This document shows, piece after piece, positions 1 to 11,959 of a stretch of DNA of 46,873 bases (the stretch's first letter is position 1; each line of letters begins with the position of its first letter). Origin of the DNA: a virus; the UHGV virus genome UHGV-1365016. The stretch is one strand, 5' to 3'. Below the pieces are notes generated by a model. That model worked only from the letters and a program-made list of their open reading frames with translations, did not search any database and was not told the DNA's origin. Made by a program: the position numbers and the translations under genes.

Positions 1-947
1 CAGAAAAAATTCAAAGCAATAGAGGAGGACGTAAAGCCAGCAACAGCAGCAGAGGAAAAATACAAGCAGGACATGCTTGCCATTGAGCAATACAAAATGG
101 CATACCCGGCTAAAGCTGCTGAAGCGGAGGCAGCAAGAGCGGCTGTTGAAAAGAAATATCGCCTGCAGCGAATTGATGCTATGTGGGCTGAATGGCAGCA
201 GCAAAGCCTCGGTGCGCAACTGTTCGGCACAGCACTGGATTCTGCGATGAGCACAGCATCAAACAGTATTACCGGATTACTGACAGGCACAATGAGCGTT
301 CAGGATGCCATGCGTAGTCTCGGCTCTACGGTGCTTAACTCACTGGTAAATAGTTTCGTCGAAATGGGCGTGCAGTGGGTTAAATCTGCGGTCATGGGAC
401 AGACTGCACAGGTTGCGGCTACAGCAACTACAACGGCGGCGCAAACGGCAGGACTGGCAACCACAACAGCAGCGTCGACGGCGGCGGCAGCCACCACTAC
501 CGCAGCATGGACTCCTGCTGCAATTGTTGCGTCAATCGGTTCATTCGGCGGTGCGGCTGCAATTGGTGTAGGTGCTGTTCTTGGGGCGCTGGCGATGGGT
601 ATTGCTGGCAAGCGTAAAAATGGTGGCCCTGTTAGTGCCGGAAGCATGTACGAAGTGGGCGAGAATGGCTTGCCTGAGATATTCCAGGCGTCCAACGGTC
701 GCCAGTACATGATTCCAGGCAACGATGGCTCAGTTATCAGCAACAAAGACATTACCGGAGGTGGTAGTGGCGTTGTGGTTTATAATAGCGTTATCAACAA
801 TAGCTCCGCTCAGGTCAGCAGCAGCGCCAGAGATAATGGTGATGGCAGCGTGACAATTGAGACTATCGTTAGTGACATAGAAAACAACGGCCCCATTGGG
901 CAAAGCATTAGCCGCAACTACTCAGCAAACCGGAGAGCAACAGAATA

Positions 948-948
<1 letters not shown>
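1..948 (+). CDS. Tail tape measure protein, C-terminal portion. It is 5' partial: the frame is open from base 1 and the N-terminal part lies at the window end
   Basis: Frame 1 has no stop from position 1. There are Ala/Thr-rich repeats (TTTAAQTAGLATTTAASTAAAATTTAAWTPAA) and a Gly-rich hydrophobic stretch. The gene sits immediately upstream of the minor tail genes. The ORF that runs open to the window end (45446..46873) is the matching N-terminal part. Confidence 0.7.
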
Positions 949-2354
<1,406 letters not shown>

Positions 2355-4779
2355 ATCAAACCTTCCTGCCAGCATTTCAATTGCGATCAATGGCAGAGTG
2401 CTTGGTGAAGATGATGAGCTTTCCTTCTGCTTGCGAGATGGCGATGTGGTCAACGTTTATTGCCAGCCATCCGGCGCAATTGGCGACCTAATCGGTGCGA
2501 TACTGAAGCCAGTAACGAAGATTTTCTCATTCCTTACACCGAAAGTATCCACACCTAAAACTGATACCAGCTCTAAAACATCACCAAATACCAGCCTGAA
2601 AGCGCAAACCAATATTGCGCGCAACGGCGAGGCGCGCCCTGATAACTTCGGGCAGATTCGCGCGTACCCTGATTTGCTTCAGGAGTCTCTGTTCGAATAC
2701 ATCAATAATATTAAATATGTCACCGAGTTCATGAACTTTGGGCTGGGTAAATATGATGTATCTTCCGTGCGCTATTCTGAGTCAAACCTCGGCTCTCTGG
2801 CTGGCGCGAGTTACACCATTTATCAGCCGGGAGAGGTCATTCCGGTTGTTCTTGAACCTTACGCATTTGATGACGTTGACGGTCAGGAACTGTATGGGCC
2901 AAACGACACTAACTCTGTTGTCATTGAGTCAGCCACAACAACCACGGTAACTGAAATGGAGTACGCCAACGGGCAATTCCTTGCGAAGATACCCAAAAAC
3001 AATGAGTTTGATTATTTCATTGATCTGACATTGCCTCATGATGTTACATTTGGCATTAACGTATCATTTCCTACAGTGGGTGGGGTTACTGTTACTCGCG
3101 ACATAAAGCTGTCTGGAAGGTTGATTTCAGCTACAGAAACTGACGACGGAGGCGTGCCGCCAGAAAACTACTGGTACACATTTATAATTACCAATGTAGA
3201 TTACTCCGGGAATGAACTCGTATCATCACTGGATGGAGTAACCATTAACAATAATTACTTTACTATTTCTGATAATCAAGCCCTTGTTTCAGGACCGTAT
3301 TTCTCACCAATAGAAGGTGATCAGCTATGGTTCCATTTCGTTGCTCAATTTGGTGAAGATCAGGGCGCTATTGTCAAAGCTGAGTGGTGGGCGGTGGATG
3401 ATGATAACGTGCAGATTGCAGGTTCATACCAATCAACCACATATACTTTTGTAGCTGGCGGAGCAGATACCTACTATTACACAAGGAAAATAACGCCATC
3501 ATATGGGAATGCCAGATACGCAGTCCAGTTTACAAGGACCAATAACAGCACCCAGCAATCAATCATTCAGCTTGATGAAGTGCATTCAATAGTCACGCGC
3601 ACCAATGTTTCTTATCCAGATGACACTGTGGTTAAGGTGGTTGTGCGCGCCACTGAGAACGCAACAGGTAGCCGTGACAGGAAATATAATGCGCTAATCA
3701 CGCGCCACACCATCGGATACAACCGTGATACTGGCACGGTGCGCTATACTCTCGCACCTTCCCGTAGCTTTGCTGATGCTGTTCTGCATAACTGGCTAAT
3801 TACCGCTGGCAATCAAGAAAACACGATAGACATCGTGAGCCTGTATGAAATTGCCGACAACCTGCCTGATGAGCGTCTTGGTTATTTCGACTACACGTTT
3901 GACGATGAAGATAAAAGCATTGGCGAACGCCTGCAGACCATCTGCGATGCGGCTCGTGTCACTGCATTTTGGGACGACGGCGTGATGAGTTTCTCTCGTG
4001 ATGAAAAACGAGAATATCCCGCGACTGTATTCAATACCAGAAACACGCAGAGCGACGGATACAAGTTAAGCTACGACGTCAGCCTGCCTGGTACGTTCGA
4101 TGGCGTTAACGTCGAATATCGTGACCCAACAACGAATAAGCAAGCCAACGTTTACTATCGCATCACAGATAGTGGTATCGTTGAAGGAGAGCCAACTAAA
4201 GCTAAGAAATTCGACATGCTTTATGTCCGCAATCGCTATCAGGCTGTTGATAGGGCAGTTCTTGAGTGTCGCCGTCTTATTTATTCCCGTCGCAGCATGG
4301 AAATTAAGTCACTGGCAGATGGAGAATGGGTTAACGTAGGTGACATGATTCAGGTAGTCGATATGTATGATGATGTGCAACAGACTGGCGTCATTGAAGC
4401 GCGCAACGGAAACGTATTCACGACAAGTGAACAACTCACGGCTGATGATAATCTTTATGTTGTGATCACCAGTTCTGATGGCAGCGTGTCAGACAGGTTG
4501 CCAGCCACAGTGATCGGATTGCATACATTCACCTGCAACCTGCCGTCTGATTTTCAGCTAAACATATGGGATGGCACAAATGTGCAAAGTGAATCCCGTT
4601 ACGTGCTGAGCACGGAGAAAGAGCTTGATACCACGTTATGGGTAGTCAGCCAGAAGAATCCCGGCAGCGACGGGACAACAACTCTAACCATGAGTGAATA
4701 CAGTGACGACATGTACGAATATGTCATCTCGTCATCGTGATACAATATACATCAAATTCACAAAGGAGCATTTATTATA

Positions 4780-6651
4780 ATGGCTACCACACCAACTAAT
4801 AAACCAATTCCATCAGAAGACCCTCGCGACCTGAAATTCAATGCCGGGAAAATAGATGAGGTAGTAACTAGTAAAAACCACTACTACACTGATCGCTTCG
4901 GCGTGCGCCGCTTTACAATTGCTGGCTTTCAGTATACAGCAGAAGAAGCTATCCGTAATTATGGCTACATTACGATTGACAGCTTCGAAGATGGTGCGAC
5001 ACTGACACTTCCCAATCAGACACTGCGTTATGAAGCAAATGGAGAATACTACCGCTGGGATGGGGAATTTCCAAAAATAGTACCAGCTGGTTCAACTCCA
5101 GATAGCACGGGCGAGGTAAAACCAGGGGCATGGGTTAGCGTTGGTGATGCCACTGCAAGACAGTGGGCTGAGTCATATTTTATGACACTTGAATACAAAA
5201 AAATATATGGTGATACATTTTCAACTGGAGGCTCAGCGACAGCTAATGAATCTGCACTTTTGAATCCACTGGATAACATGTATTACTCTCCAATATCTGG
5301 GACGATAACTGTGCCACCGAACTCATCTCCAGATGATGATTGGGTGTGCGTTGGGTATCTATCAGCATATTCTATTGACGATCCACGAAACTATGGTGCA
5401 GTGCCAGATGACCCAACCTTCGACAGTTCGGCAGCTCTTGATTTGTGGCGTAACAGCGTGCTAACCAGAAAGCGACAGACATCCTTCCCATCAAGTAAAG
5501 ATGATCCCACTATGTTAAACCTCGGCGGGGCTATTCTAGATATGTCTCATGGTGTTTACTATACGACTAAGCCATTGGATTTTGTTGACACTTTCAACTT
5601 TACGCTATTAAACCCTACCATTACCGCGCTAGATGGATTCACTACTGGTCGCGCTATATTAGAATTCAAGCTGGGAACAGGGGCTCGCCCGTTAGACGGC
5701 ATCCGTATCGAAAACCCAGTATTAGACGGAAACTGGAAAGCTGATGGTTGCATCCTTGCTTACGATTTCTGGAAAATGCCGATTATCGGCGGCGTGCTAT
5801 CAAGATATCGGGAGTATGGTGTAAAAACTGATTATGTATCTTACCCGCCTCATGAATTGAATATGGCGTTGACTCATATCGGACAGCAGCCAGTGTGGGA
5901 GGCTGATATCCCTGCCGACGTTGTGAATGGTGTGGCGTTGGATATTAACAACTATGACAATAATTACACTGGCCTAATAATCAGTCAACAAGTTAAGGAT
6001 GTTGCATACCTGAGGAAAGGTGCTGGTAGTTTTGTTAACTGCCACTTTTACCCTCATCAAGAAACCGATCCTACGAAAGGTAAGATTTCCATTATGTCAA
6101 ATGCGGACCAGTTTGTAGGATGTTATTTTGATGGGTGTCAGGTTGAGTCAAGCGCAGACGGAGCACGTTACACCATCAGTGCCTGCAATTGGTTGGTAGC
6201 AAATCACGGCATAGCATTAAACATGGTTTCAAACCCATTTCAGGTAAAAGTTACAGATTGCCGTTTTCGCAACACTACCGGAGTAACAATGTCAGCAAGT
6301 GTTATTCGAATGAAAACCATATCAGAAGGTAGAACGTCACGCCCTGACATTAGAAATAATGTGACTGAAAATTGCACGGCAATTTCGACATCAGGGAGGG
6401 AGTTTTTTACATTAACGAGCACAGACGCTGCAAGGGCAGTAACAAGGGACATTCCAGACCAATTCAGACCAGCATCCTCTGTTGGAATACAGGAGACATC
6501 TGGAAACACGAATGACGATACATGGCTTCTTAAGGCAAGATTAATAAGCACAAGCCAAGTCAGAATGCGACCTTACAACATGACTAACCTGGCATCCACG
6601 GCAACATATACAGGTCCAGTTGTATTGATGTATAATACTGAGAATGATTAA
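4780..6651 (+). CDS. Tail fibre / tailspike protein with a beta-helix-like C-terminal region, possibly a depolymerase
   Basis: 623 aa, with an RBS-like AAAGGAG upstream. The N-terminal MATTPTNKPIPSEDPRDLKFNAGKIDEVV resembles conserved fibre anchor domains. The C-terminal half has repetitive Cys/Asn/Gly-containing strands typical of parallel beta-helix enzymes. A bidirectional terminator follows it. Confidence 0.5.
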   Translation: MATTPTNKPIPSEDPRDLKFNAGKIDEVVTSKNHYYTDRFGVRRFTIAGFQYTAEEAIRNYGYITIDSFEDGATLTLPNQTLRYEANGEYYRWDGEFPKIVPAGSTPDSTGEVKPGAWVSVGDATARQWAESYFMTLEYKKIYGDTFSTGGSATANESALLNPLDNMYYSPISGTITVPPNSSPDDDWVCVGYLSAYSIDDPRNYGAVPDDPTFDSSAALDLWRNSVLTRKRQTSFPSSKDDPTMLNLGGAILDMSHGVYYTTKPLDFVDTFNFTLLNPTITALDGFTTGRAILEFKLGTGARPLDGIRIENPVLDGNWKADGCILAYDFWKMPIIGGVLSRYREYGVKTDYVSYPPHELNMALTHIGQQPVWEADIPADVVNGVALDINNYDNNYTGLIISQQVKDVAYLRKGAGSFVNCHFYPHQETDPTKGKISIMSNADQFVGCYFDGCQVESSADGARYTISACNWLVANHGIALNMVSNPFQVKVTDCRFRNTTGVTMSASVIRMKTISEGRTSRPDIRNNVTENCTAISTSGREFFTLTSTDAARAVTRDIPDQFRPASSVGIQETSGNTNDDTWLLKARLISTSQVRMRPYNMTNLASTATYTGPVVLMYNTEND

Positions 6652-6656
6652 CAAAA

Positions 6657-6672
6657 CCCCGCTTCGGCGGGG
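6657..6672. terminator. Bidirectional rho-independent terminator between the tail fibre gene (+) and ssb (-)
   Basis: CCCCGC-TTCG-GCGGGG hairpin flanked by an A-run upstream and a T-run downstream. Confidence 0.7.
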
Positions 6673-6684
6673 TTAGTTTTATCA

Positions 6685-7188
6685 TCAAAACGGAATATCA
6701 TCGTCGAAGTCCATCGGAGGCTCATTGCCTCCTTGTGGGCTTTGTTGTTTTGGTTGCTGCTGTTGCGGATTTGTTCCCCATCCACCTTGAGGTTGTTGTC
6801 CTGATTGCTGGCGTGGTTGCTGCTGACCAGAATCATCACGCTTACCACCAAGCATCTGCATAACGCCACCCACCTGCGGAATGACAATCTCAGTGGTATA
6901 TCGGTCCACGCCCTTGCTGTCAGTCCACTTGCGAGTGCGTAACTGGCCTTCGATATAAACCTGAGAGCCTTTGCGAAGGTATTCTCCAACAACTTCTGCA
7001 AATTTTCCGAAGATGACCACGCGATGCCATTCAGTCTGCTCTTTCTTTTCCCCTGTCTGCTTGTCTTTCCATTGCTCAGATGTTGCAACAGAAAGATTGG
7101 CAATCGCAGAACCTGATGCAGAATATTTAACTTCAGGGTCGTTACCGAGAGTGCCGACAATAATTACTTTATTTACGCCGCGAGCCAT
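6685..7188 (-). CDS. ssb: Single-stranded DNA-binding protein
   Basis: N-terminal OB-fold signature ([22 protein letters not shown]...[21 protein letters not shown]), a Gln/Pro/Gly-rich linker and the canonical acidic tail DFDDDIPF. Confidence 0.9.
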   Translation of the reverse strand: MARGVNKVIIVGTLGNDPEVKYSASGSAIANLSVATSEQWKDKQTGEKKEQTEWHRVVIFGKFAEVVGEYLRKGSQVYIEGQLRTRKWTDSKGVDRYTTEIVIPQVGGVMQMLGGKRDDSGQQQPRQQSGQQPQGGWGTNPQQQQPKQQSPQGGNEPPMDFDDDIPF

Positions 7189-7191
7189 TTA

Positions 7192-8250
7192 TTAAAATCC
7201 TTCAATTGGAGTTGGTTTATGTTCGGTTTTTGTTTCTTCCTGCGGTTCTGGCTGTTGTGATTGCGGTTTAGCCAGTTTTGCAGGGTTGAAATTATCCTGC
7301 GGGGTTATTACCACAGGAGATAATTGCTCATCATTGATGAAAGACTCAATGCGATCGTATTCTGCAGCAGAAGCAGCCAGAGAAGGCCAGATTGCGCGAA
7401 TCTTATCTTTCAGGTTATCAGGTATTGATTTTGCTTCTTCCTTCAGACCATCCATGCCTTTTGCGGCGGAAAGCTGAAGTCGTGAGCGCCATGACTCAAA
7501 TTCTTCGTCAACTTTAACGCCAGAGTCCACCCATTTGATGAGTCCGCGACCATGAGCCTCTCCAATATACCCATGACGAACGCTTTCACGACCAGATTCA
7601 AAGAAGATAGGGCGTAGTTCTTCTGGTAATTTTGTGAACTCCTGAATTTTCCCTCCATCGTGCATCATCATGCTAACGGTCATCTCGAACATAAAATCCT
7701 TCTCGCACACTGGCTGCAAACCAAGCGATACAGGCTCCTTCGGGTTTGCGAAATCAGTTTTCTGGCGGGCGCGAAGGCAGACAATGATATGCATATTGCT
7801 TTGCAGCATGGCATTCATGAACTTCTTGTGCTCAGCTTTTGCTCGCTTCCAGTCAGCCATCTTTTTGCCGTTAAGCAGTGGCTTTTCAGCAATCTCAGTG
7901 CAACTACCCTCACCTTCCCATTCGTGAGAACCTGAATCAATAACAAGAACCTTAACGCCAGCAGCCTGAAACTCTTCAATGGCCTGACGGTAACGAGCAG
8001 GGCTGAATGGTGCATACATGTCAGCGTGCAGGAATTTGCCATCAAGGATGTTTGAGTACAGGCGACCTCGACCATTCTCAGTATCAAGGAATCCGATTTC
8101 TTCTGGTGAATCAACCATCCCGCGAGCCAGCTTGAGTGCGCTATATGTTTTCCCGCTGCCTGACTGGCCTGAAATACCGATGACCACACGAGAACCTGAA
8201 CGCTCTGCTGGTTTAATATTGAGAATACCCATTTGCATTACCTCATTCAA
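7192..8250 (-). CDS. Sak4-like RecA-fold ATPase (single-strand annealing / recombination mediator) with a low-complexity C-terminal extension
   Basis: Walker A GISGQSGSGKTYSALKLARG sits near the N-terminus with a RecA-like core. It is adjacent to ssb, as Sak4 genes usually are. The C-terminal roughly 100 aa are Pro/Gln/Glu-rich. Confidence 0.55.
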   Translation of the reverse strand: MNEVMQMGILNIKPAERSGSRVVIGISGQSGSGKTYSALKLARGMVDSPEEIGFLDTENGRGRLYSNILDGKFLHADMYAPFSPARYRQAIEEFQAAGVKVLVIDSGSHEWEGEGSCTEIAEKPLLNGKKMADWKRAKAEHKKFMNAMLQSNMHIIVCLRARQKTDFANPKEPVSLGLQPVCEKDFMFEMTVSMMMHDGGKIQEFTKLPEELRPIFFESGRESVRHGYIGEAHGRGLIKWVDSGVKVDEEFESWRSRLQLSAAKGMDGLKEEAKSIPDNLKDKIRAIWPSLAASAAEYDRIESFINDEQLSPVVITPQDNFNPAKLAKPQSQQPEPQEETKTEHKPTPIEGF

Positions 8251-8440
8251 ATTCTACAAAATCACCACCAACCATTTCGACGATAATGAATCCAGATTCA
8301 TCATCATATGTTGCCTGCCATATAGCTCCAATTTCGTCTCTTATGTTAAAAATACCACCAAAAAAGTTAGCGCCATACCACTCACCTTCTTTAAATCTTT
8401 TGCTTGTTGAGCTTGCACAAAATAATTTCATTTGCATCAC
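8243..8440 (-). CDS. Hypothetical protein
   Basis: A 65-aa ORF that is tightly packed within the - strand operon. Confidence 0.3.
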   Translation of the reverse strand: MMQMKLFCASSTSKRFKEGEWYGANFFGGIFNIRDEIGAIWQATYDDESGFIIVEMVGGDFVEFE

Positions 8441-8448
8441 CTCACTAA

Positions 8449-9405
8449 TTATAAATTAAATTGCTTCTTGAACCATTCAGGCGTTTCCATTTCTATGACA
8501 GGATTACCCATTGAATAACCCGGCCACGAATTTGCTTTTTTGCAAGCCTTGTAAATTTCCATAGCGCCATGCAACTGAATTCGACCAATATTCAACTGCT
8601 CTTCAGTTAATCGAATTAAAGCAGGAATGAATGGAGCTTTCTTTTCCTGAACTAAAAGGTTTACAGAACGCGGCGCATAACCGTATGCCGCAACAAACAT
8701 ATCGTGCTGCATCGCCATTTTCATAAAGTAGCCAAGTCGCGCAGCATGACGGAAAAACTCATCAGGCTTGGCGCTTACCGCTGTCTTGTAGTCAATTATG
8801 TCACCACCTTTTGTCAGGCAGTCAAACCGAACCTTTGCCTTTTCCCCGTAAAGCTCACCGAGGATTGACACTTCAGCATAAGCACCAGCAAGAAGGCTTC
8901 TGTAATAGCTGTTTGCGTGGATTACAGCACGCATTTGCTGAATGGCGTCATAATCACTACCTTCCAGCATCTGCTTTCCTGCAGCAGCTTTTTCAGCCTC
9001 TTCACGGATGACATCGTAAATTTTCACAGGCTCGCCAGTCGCCTGAATGATTTTGATCACCTCAGCTTTCGACTTCCCTGAAAGTCCTTTGATGCCTCTC
9101 TCTTTCGCCCATGAGTTCATATCGGCAGTAGTTACCAGCACCGTTGGTTTCCCATCTTTGTCTTTTGGAAAATCGTCTACAACCGGCATTCGCGCATATT
9201 CAGCATCGAAACGCTCTGGTTCAAGCAGGGCTGTATGGCTTCCGGTTCCGAAGATAAGAGCTTTTGACTGCTCATCTTCTTCGTCTTTGTAGCGCCATGC
9301 TGCTGGGCATCTGTCATAGATGTTCCACAAACCAGAACCATTAATATGCTCTGTGTCTGCGTGGTATTGCTCATTAGTTAATTCATTATTGAAATAGACC
9401 TTCAT
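8449..9405 (-). CDS. PD-(D/E)XK exonuclease (Cas4/RecB-nuclease-like, phage recombination exonuclease)
   Basis: Motifs GTGSHTALLEP, ILGELYGEKAKVRFDCLTKGGDIIDYKT (D...D/E-x-K core) and C-terminal Cys residues. It is adjacent to the Sak4-like gene and ssb. Confidence 0.55.
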   Translation of the reverse strand: MKVYFNNELTNEQYHADTEHINGSGLWNIYDRCPAAWRYKDEEDEQSKALIFGTGSHTALLEPERFDAEYARMPVVDDFPKDKDGKPTVLVTTADMNSWAKERGIKGLSGKSKAEVIKIIQATGEPVKIYDVIREEAEKAAAGKQMLEGSDYDAIQQMRAVIHANSYYRSLLAGAYAEVSILGELYGEKAKVRFDCLTKGGDIIDYKTAVSAKPDEFFRHAARLGYFMKMAMQHDMFVAAYGYAPRSVNLLVQEKKAPFIPALIRLTEEQLNIGRIQLHGAMEIYKACKKANSWPGYSMGNPVIEMETPEWFKKQFNL

Positions 9406-9603
9406 TTAATCACCACTGTATTCACGTAACGCTTCGGCAATTCTCATTGCATCATCAAGCAATTGATAACCATCGCTGACAACATAACCGCCATCATCAA
9501 GTTCGTTTAACTTAGCAAGGAGATTGCGTAGCATTTCGCATTGCCACTCCGCATCAAAACTATCAGGAATCTCAATATCCATCTTCATCACCTCATTTGT
9601 CAT
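9406..9603 (-). CDS. Small highly acidic protein of unknown function
   Basis: 65 aa rich in Asp/Glu (MDIEIPDSFDAEWQCEMLRNLLAKLNELDDGGYVVSDGYQLLDD). Confidence 0.35.
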   Translation of the reverse strand: MTNEVMKMDIEIPDSFDAEWQCEMLRNLLAKLNELDDGGYVVSDGYQLLDDAMRIAEALREYSGD

Positions 9604-9621
9604 TGTGTAATTGAATCTACA

Positions 9622-10047
9622 TCAATCCACATCAAAAGGCAAGCCAAAATAGAAAAGCGTGGCTTTTTTTAGTTCATCAAGGCCGTAAGCGATGGCAGCA
9701 TAATGACCAAGCCTGCACATCTCAGTTAACACAGCAGATTGATCCTTGCTAACCCTGCTTTTGCTTTTATCGCGGCGCTTTGACTCAATCATTCCGCAAC
9801 TGTGCTTCACTCCCGGCGTCATTATCACATTGTCGCCTATCCCAGTCTTAACCCCCATCTTCTGGCGCTTCAGCACAAACTGCACCATGCTTGATGTGCC
9901 AGTTTCGTTGGGTACATGAAACCACAGAACATCAGGGAAGCGGTGTTGCATCCATGTGCCGTAACCCATCTGGTCAGTCTCCTCTTTTGGGCATTCTCCG
10001 CGATAACCGCTATCAAATACCCATATACCGCTATCAAGCTGTTTCAC
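9622..10047 (-). CDS. VRR-NUC domain nuclease
   Basis: FHVPNETG...GVKTGIGDNVIMTPG...GMIESKRRDKSKSRVSKDQSAVLTEMCRLGHYAAIAYG matches the VRR-NUC PD-(D/E)XK pattern (PNE...GxxxGxPD...E.K...S..Q). Confidence 0.65.
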   Translation of the reverse strand: MKQLDSGIWVFDSGYRGECPKEETDQMGYGTWMQHRFPDVLWFHVPNETGTSSMVQFVLKRQKMGVKTGIGDNVIMTPGVKHSCGMIESKRRDKSKSRVSKDQSAVLTEMCRLGHYAAIAYGLDELKKATLFYFGLPFDVD

Positions 10048-11956
10048 TTTGTTCTCCTATGAAATCCTTGCGGTGGATGATATCGCGGCCTTTATCATTG
10101 ATACGATGCGTGATGCGTTTTGGCGCTTTAATCAATCCCGCATACATCATGAATTGCTTGGCGTTCTGGCATTTCAGGATTTTCCCAGCCATTGACTTAT
10201 CATCAAGGTGAGGAAATATAGCTTTTGCTTTGAACATGTTTTTCATGTGAGTTGCGCCGCCGTAAGGGTAGAAAACCTCGTTAGCCCATCCTTCTTTTCC
10301 ATCACAACGATTAATCCAGTAGCGATACAAAATACCCTCTCCGTCCTTCGTTAGCTGGACTTTGAAATCCATAACATCAGCCCACTCGTTATCGGTATAC
10401 GCACGCTCATTCAGTGCCGCATTCGGGTCTCGCAAAACGTGATCGCAATGTCGGCAATAGCGCGCCGTTGGGTCGTTTTTGGTGCCGCAACCATCATCAA
10501 AAATCCGGATTCCATGCTTATCAAAACCGCAACGGATATAACTGAAGAACTCCTCGCAGCGACCATCTGGAGATAGTGGGTCTTTCCCGATGCATCGACG
10601 CGCATATGGACTATTCATTGTTCCGCATTTCGGACATTGAACCTGTTCGCCGCTACGTTTTGAGCGTTGCGCTTCAGCTTCTTCCAGGATTGGGTCCTCG
10701 TAGAGCTGACCAAGTTCAAACATCGTGCCAGAGAAATCAAGGACCAGATGGTCTTCTTTATGATACCCGGCATCAATTTGCTCTTTCTTCAGCAGGCGCA
10801 TACCGCGACCAAGAAGCTGGACAAGGAGAGTTAGCGACATTATTTTTCGTAATATGCAGCTCGTATCCCATAGCGGAATGTTGACGCCAGTGGTAAGGGC
10901 TGCTATCTGGAATGTGAATTTTTTGCGCCCTGTGTATGCATCTTTTAGAGCCTTCCTTCTGGCTTTTGGCCCCATATCTTCTGTAACTATTGAGTAGCTT
11001 CCTTCAGGTAGGTATTTTGCCGCCTCCTGACAGTGCTTCTTGCCAGCACATGTAATCAATACTCCGTTTCTGTTTTTAGTAAGCTCCATCACTTTAAGCA
11101 TGATTTTCTGTGTAAGAGTTCCTTGCTCAAGGATTTCTTTCTGCATCTGCTTGAGTTGTTCTGCGGTGAAATCCTGAGTGCCATCAACATCTGAACCATG
11201 AAACTCAGAAAGATCATAATGCAGGCTGTCAACATCATGAAGACCAAAAATTGTTGGCACAAGAAAACCGTTTTCAACCATGTACTTGGTGTCTATATTG
11301 ATAATCTCTTTCTTCCAGAAAGCACCTTTTATTGATGTAGTGCCGCGGAACGGTGAGCCTGTATAACCTATTATTCTCAACTCATGGTCGTACTTATCTT
11401 TGCACCTTTTCATTAGCTCATTAATTATCACTGCATACTGCGTATCACCATCATTAACAACATCAATGTCATTAACCATATGATTTTCGTCTATCAGCAG
11501 GAATCTCGGGCAAAAGTCAGAAAGCGCACCTTTTGCAACAACATTCCCTGATTCATCCTTTTTATCAAACAAAGCATTTACAACAGTACCCTCAGAACCA
11601 CAGATTATTGGATACGTAGAACTTTTCCTCCCCAACGAAGCACTGAATAGCGAGTTTCTTACGCCAAGCGACCATAGCTCTTCCGCATCTTGCTCCACTA
11701 TTTCGCCCTGTCTTGATAGAATCATCCCTGAATAGCCCATTTCCTGAAAACGTTTTGCTATCATGGCAATCATCAGTGACTTTCCGCTACCGACGCTTGC
11801 TGTTACATAGCTAGGCCCAACATAATGACGAATCACATCACCAGTTAACTTATATATCAACCACTGATAGGGTCTTGGCTCGATATCACCAGTATCCAGA
11901 TAGGATTTCAGCAGATTAATATCAATCTCTGAAATCATTTTGTCTATTTTATGCAT
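10034..11956 (-). CDS. Superfamily-2 DEAD/DEAH-box DNA helicase with C-terminal Cys-rich zinc-finger region
   Basis: Motif I ASVGSGKSLMIAMIAKR, motif II LLIDENHMV, C-terminal CPKCG...CRHCDH. 640 aa. Confidence 0.7.
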   Translation of the reverse strand: MHKIDKMISEIDINLLKSYLDTGDIEPRPYQWLIYKLTGDVIRHYVGPSYVTASVGSGKSLMIAMIAKRFQEMGYSGMILSRQGEIVEQDAEELWSLGVRNSLFSASLGRKSSTYPIICGSEGTVVNALFDKKDESGNVVAKGALSDFCPRFLLIDENHMVNDIDVVNDGDTQYAVIINELMKRCKDKYDHELRIIGYTGSPFRGTTSIKGAFWKKEIINIDTKYMVENGFLVPTIFGLHDVDSLHYDLSEFHGSDVDGTQDFTAEQLKQMQKEILEQGTLTQKIMLKVMELTKNRNGVLITCAGKKHCQEAAKYLPEGSYSIVTEDMGPKARRKALKDAYTGRKKFTFQIAALTTGVNIPLWDTSCILRKIMSLTLLVQLLGRGMRLLKKEQIDAGYHKEDHLVLDFSGTMFELGQLYEDPILEEAEAQRSKRSGEQVQCPKCGTMNSPYARRCIGKDPLSPDGRCEEFFSYIRCGFDKHGIRIFDDGCGTKNDPTARYCRHCDHVLRDPNAALNERAYTDNEWADVMDFKVQLTKDGEGILYRYWINRCDGKEGWANEVFYPYGGATHMKNMFKAKAIFPHLDDKSMAGKILKCQNAKQFMMYAGLIKAPKRITHRINDKGRDIIHRKDFIGEQSETA

Positions 11957-11959
11957 AAC

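Noticed and set aside
300-752. 150-aa ORF on the - strand inside the tape measure gene.
   Set aside because: It is antisense to a confidently coding, repeat-rich tape measure region. Its Ala/Pro-rich composition is the mirror of the tape measure codons. It has no RBS or promoter.
2738-4339. Short + strand ORFs (70 and 79 aa) in alternative frames inside the 825-aa tail-tip gene.
   Set aside because: They are wholly embedded out of frame in a long ORF and lack start contexts. They are probably spurious.
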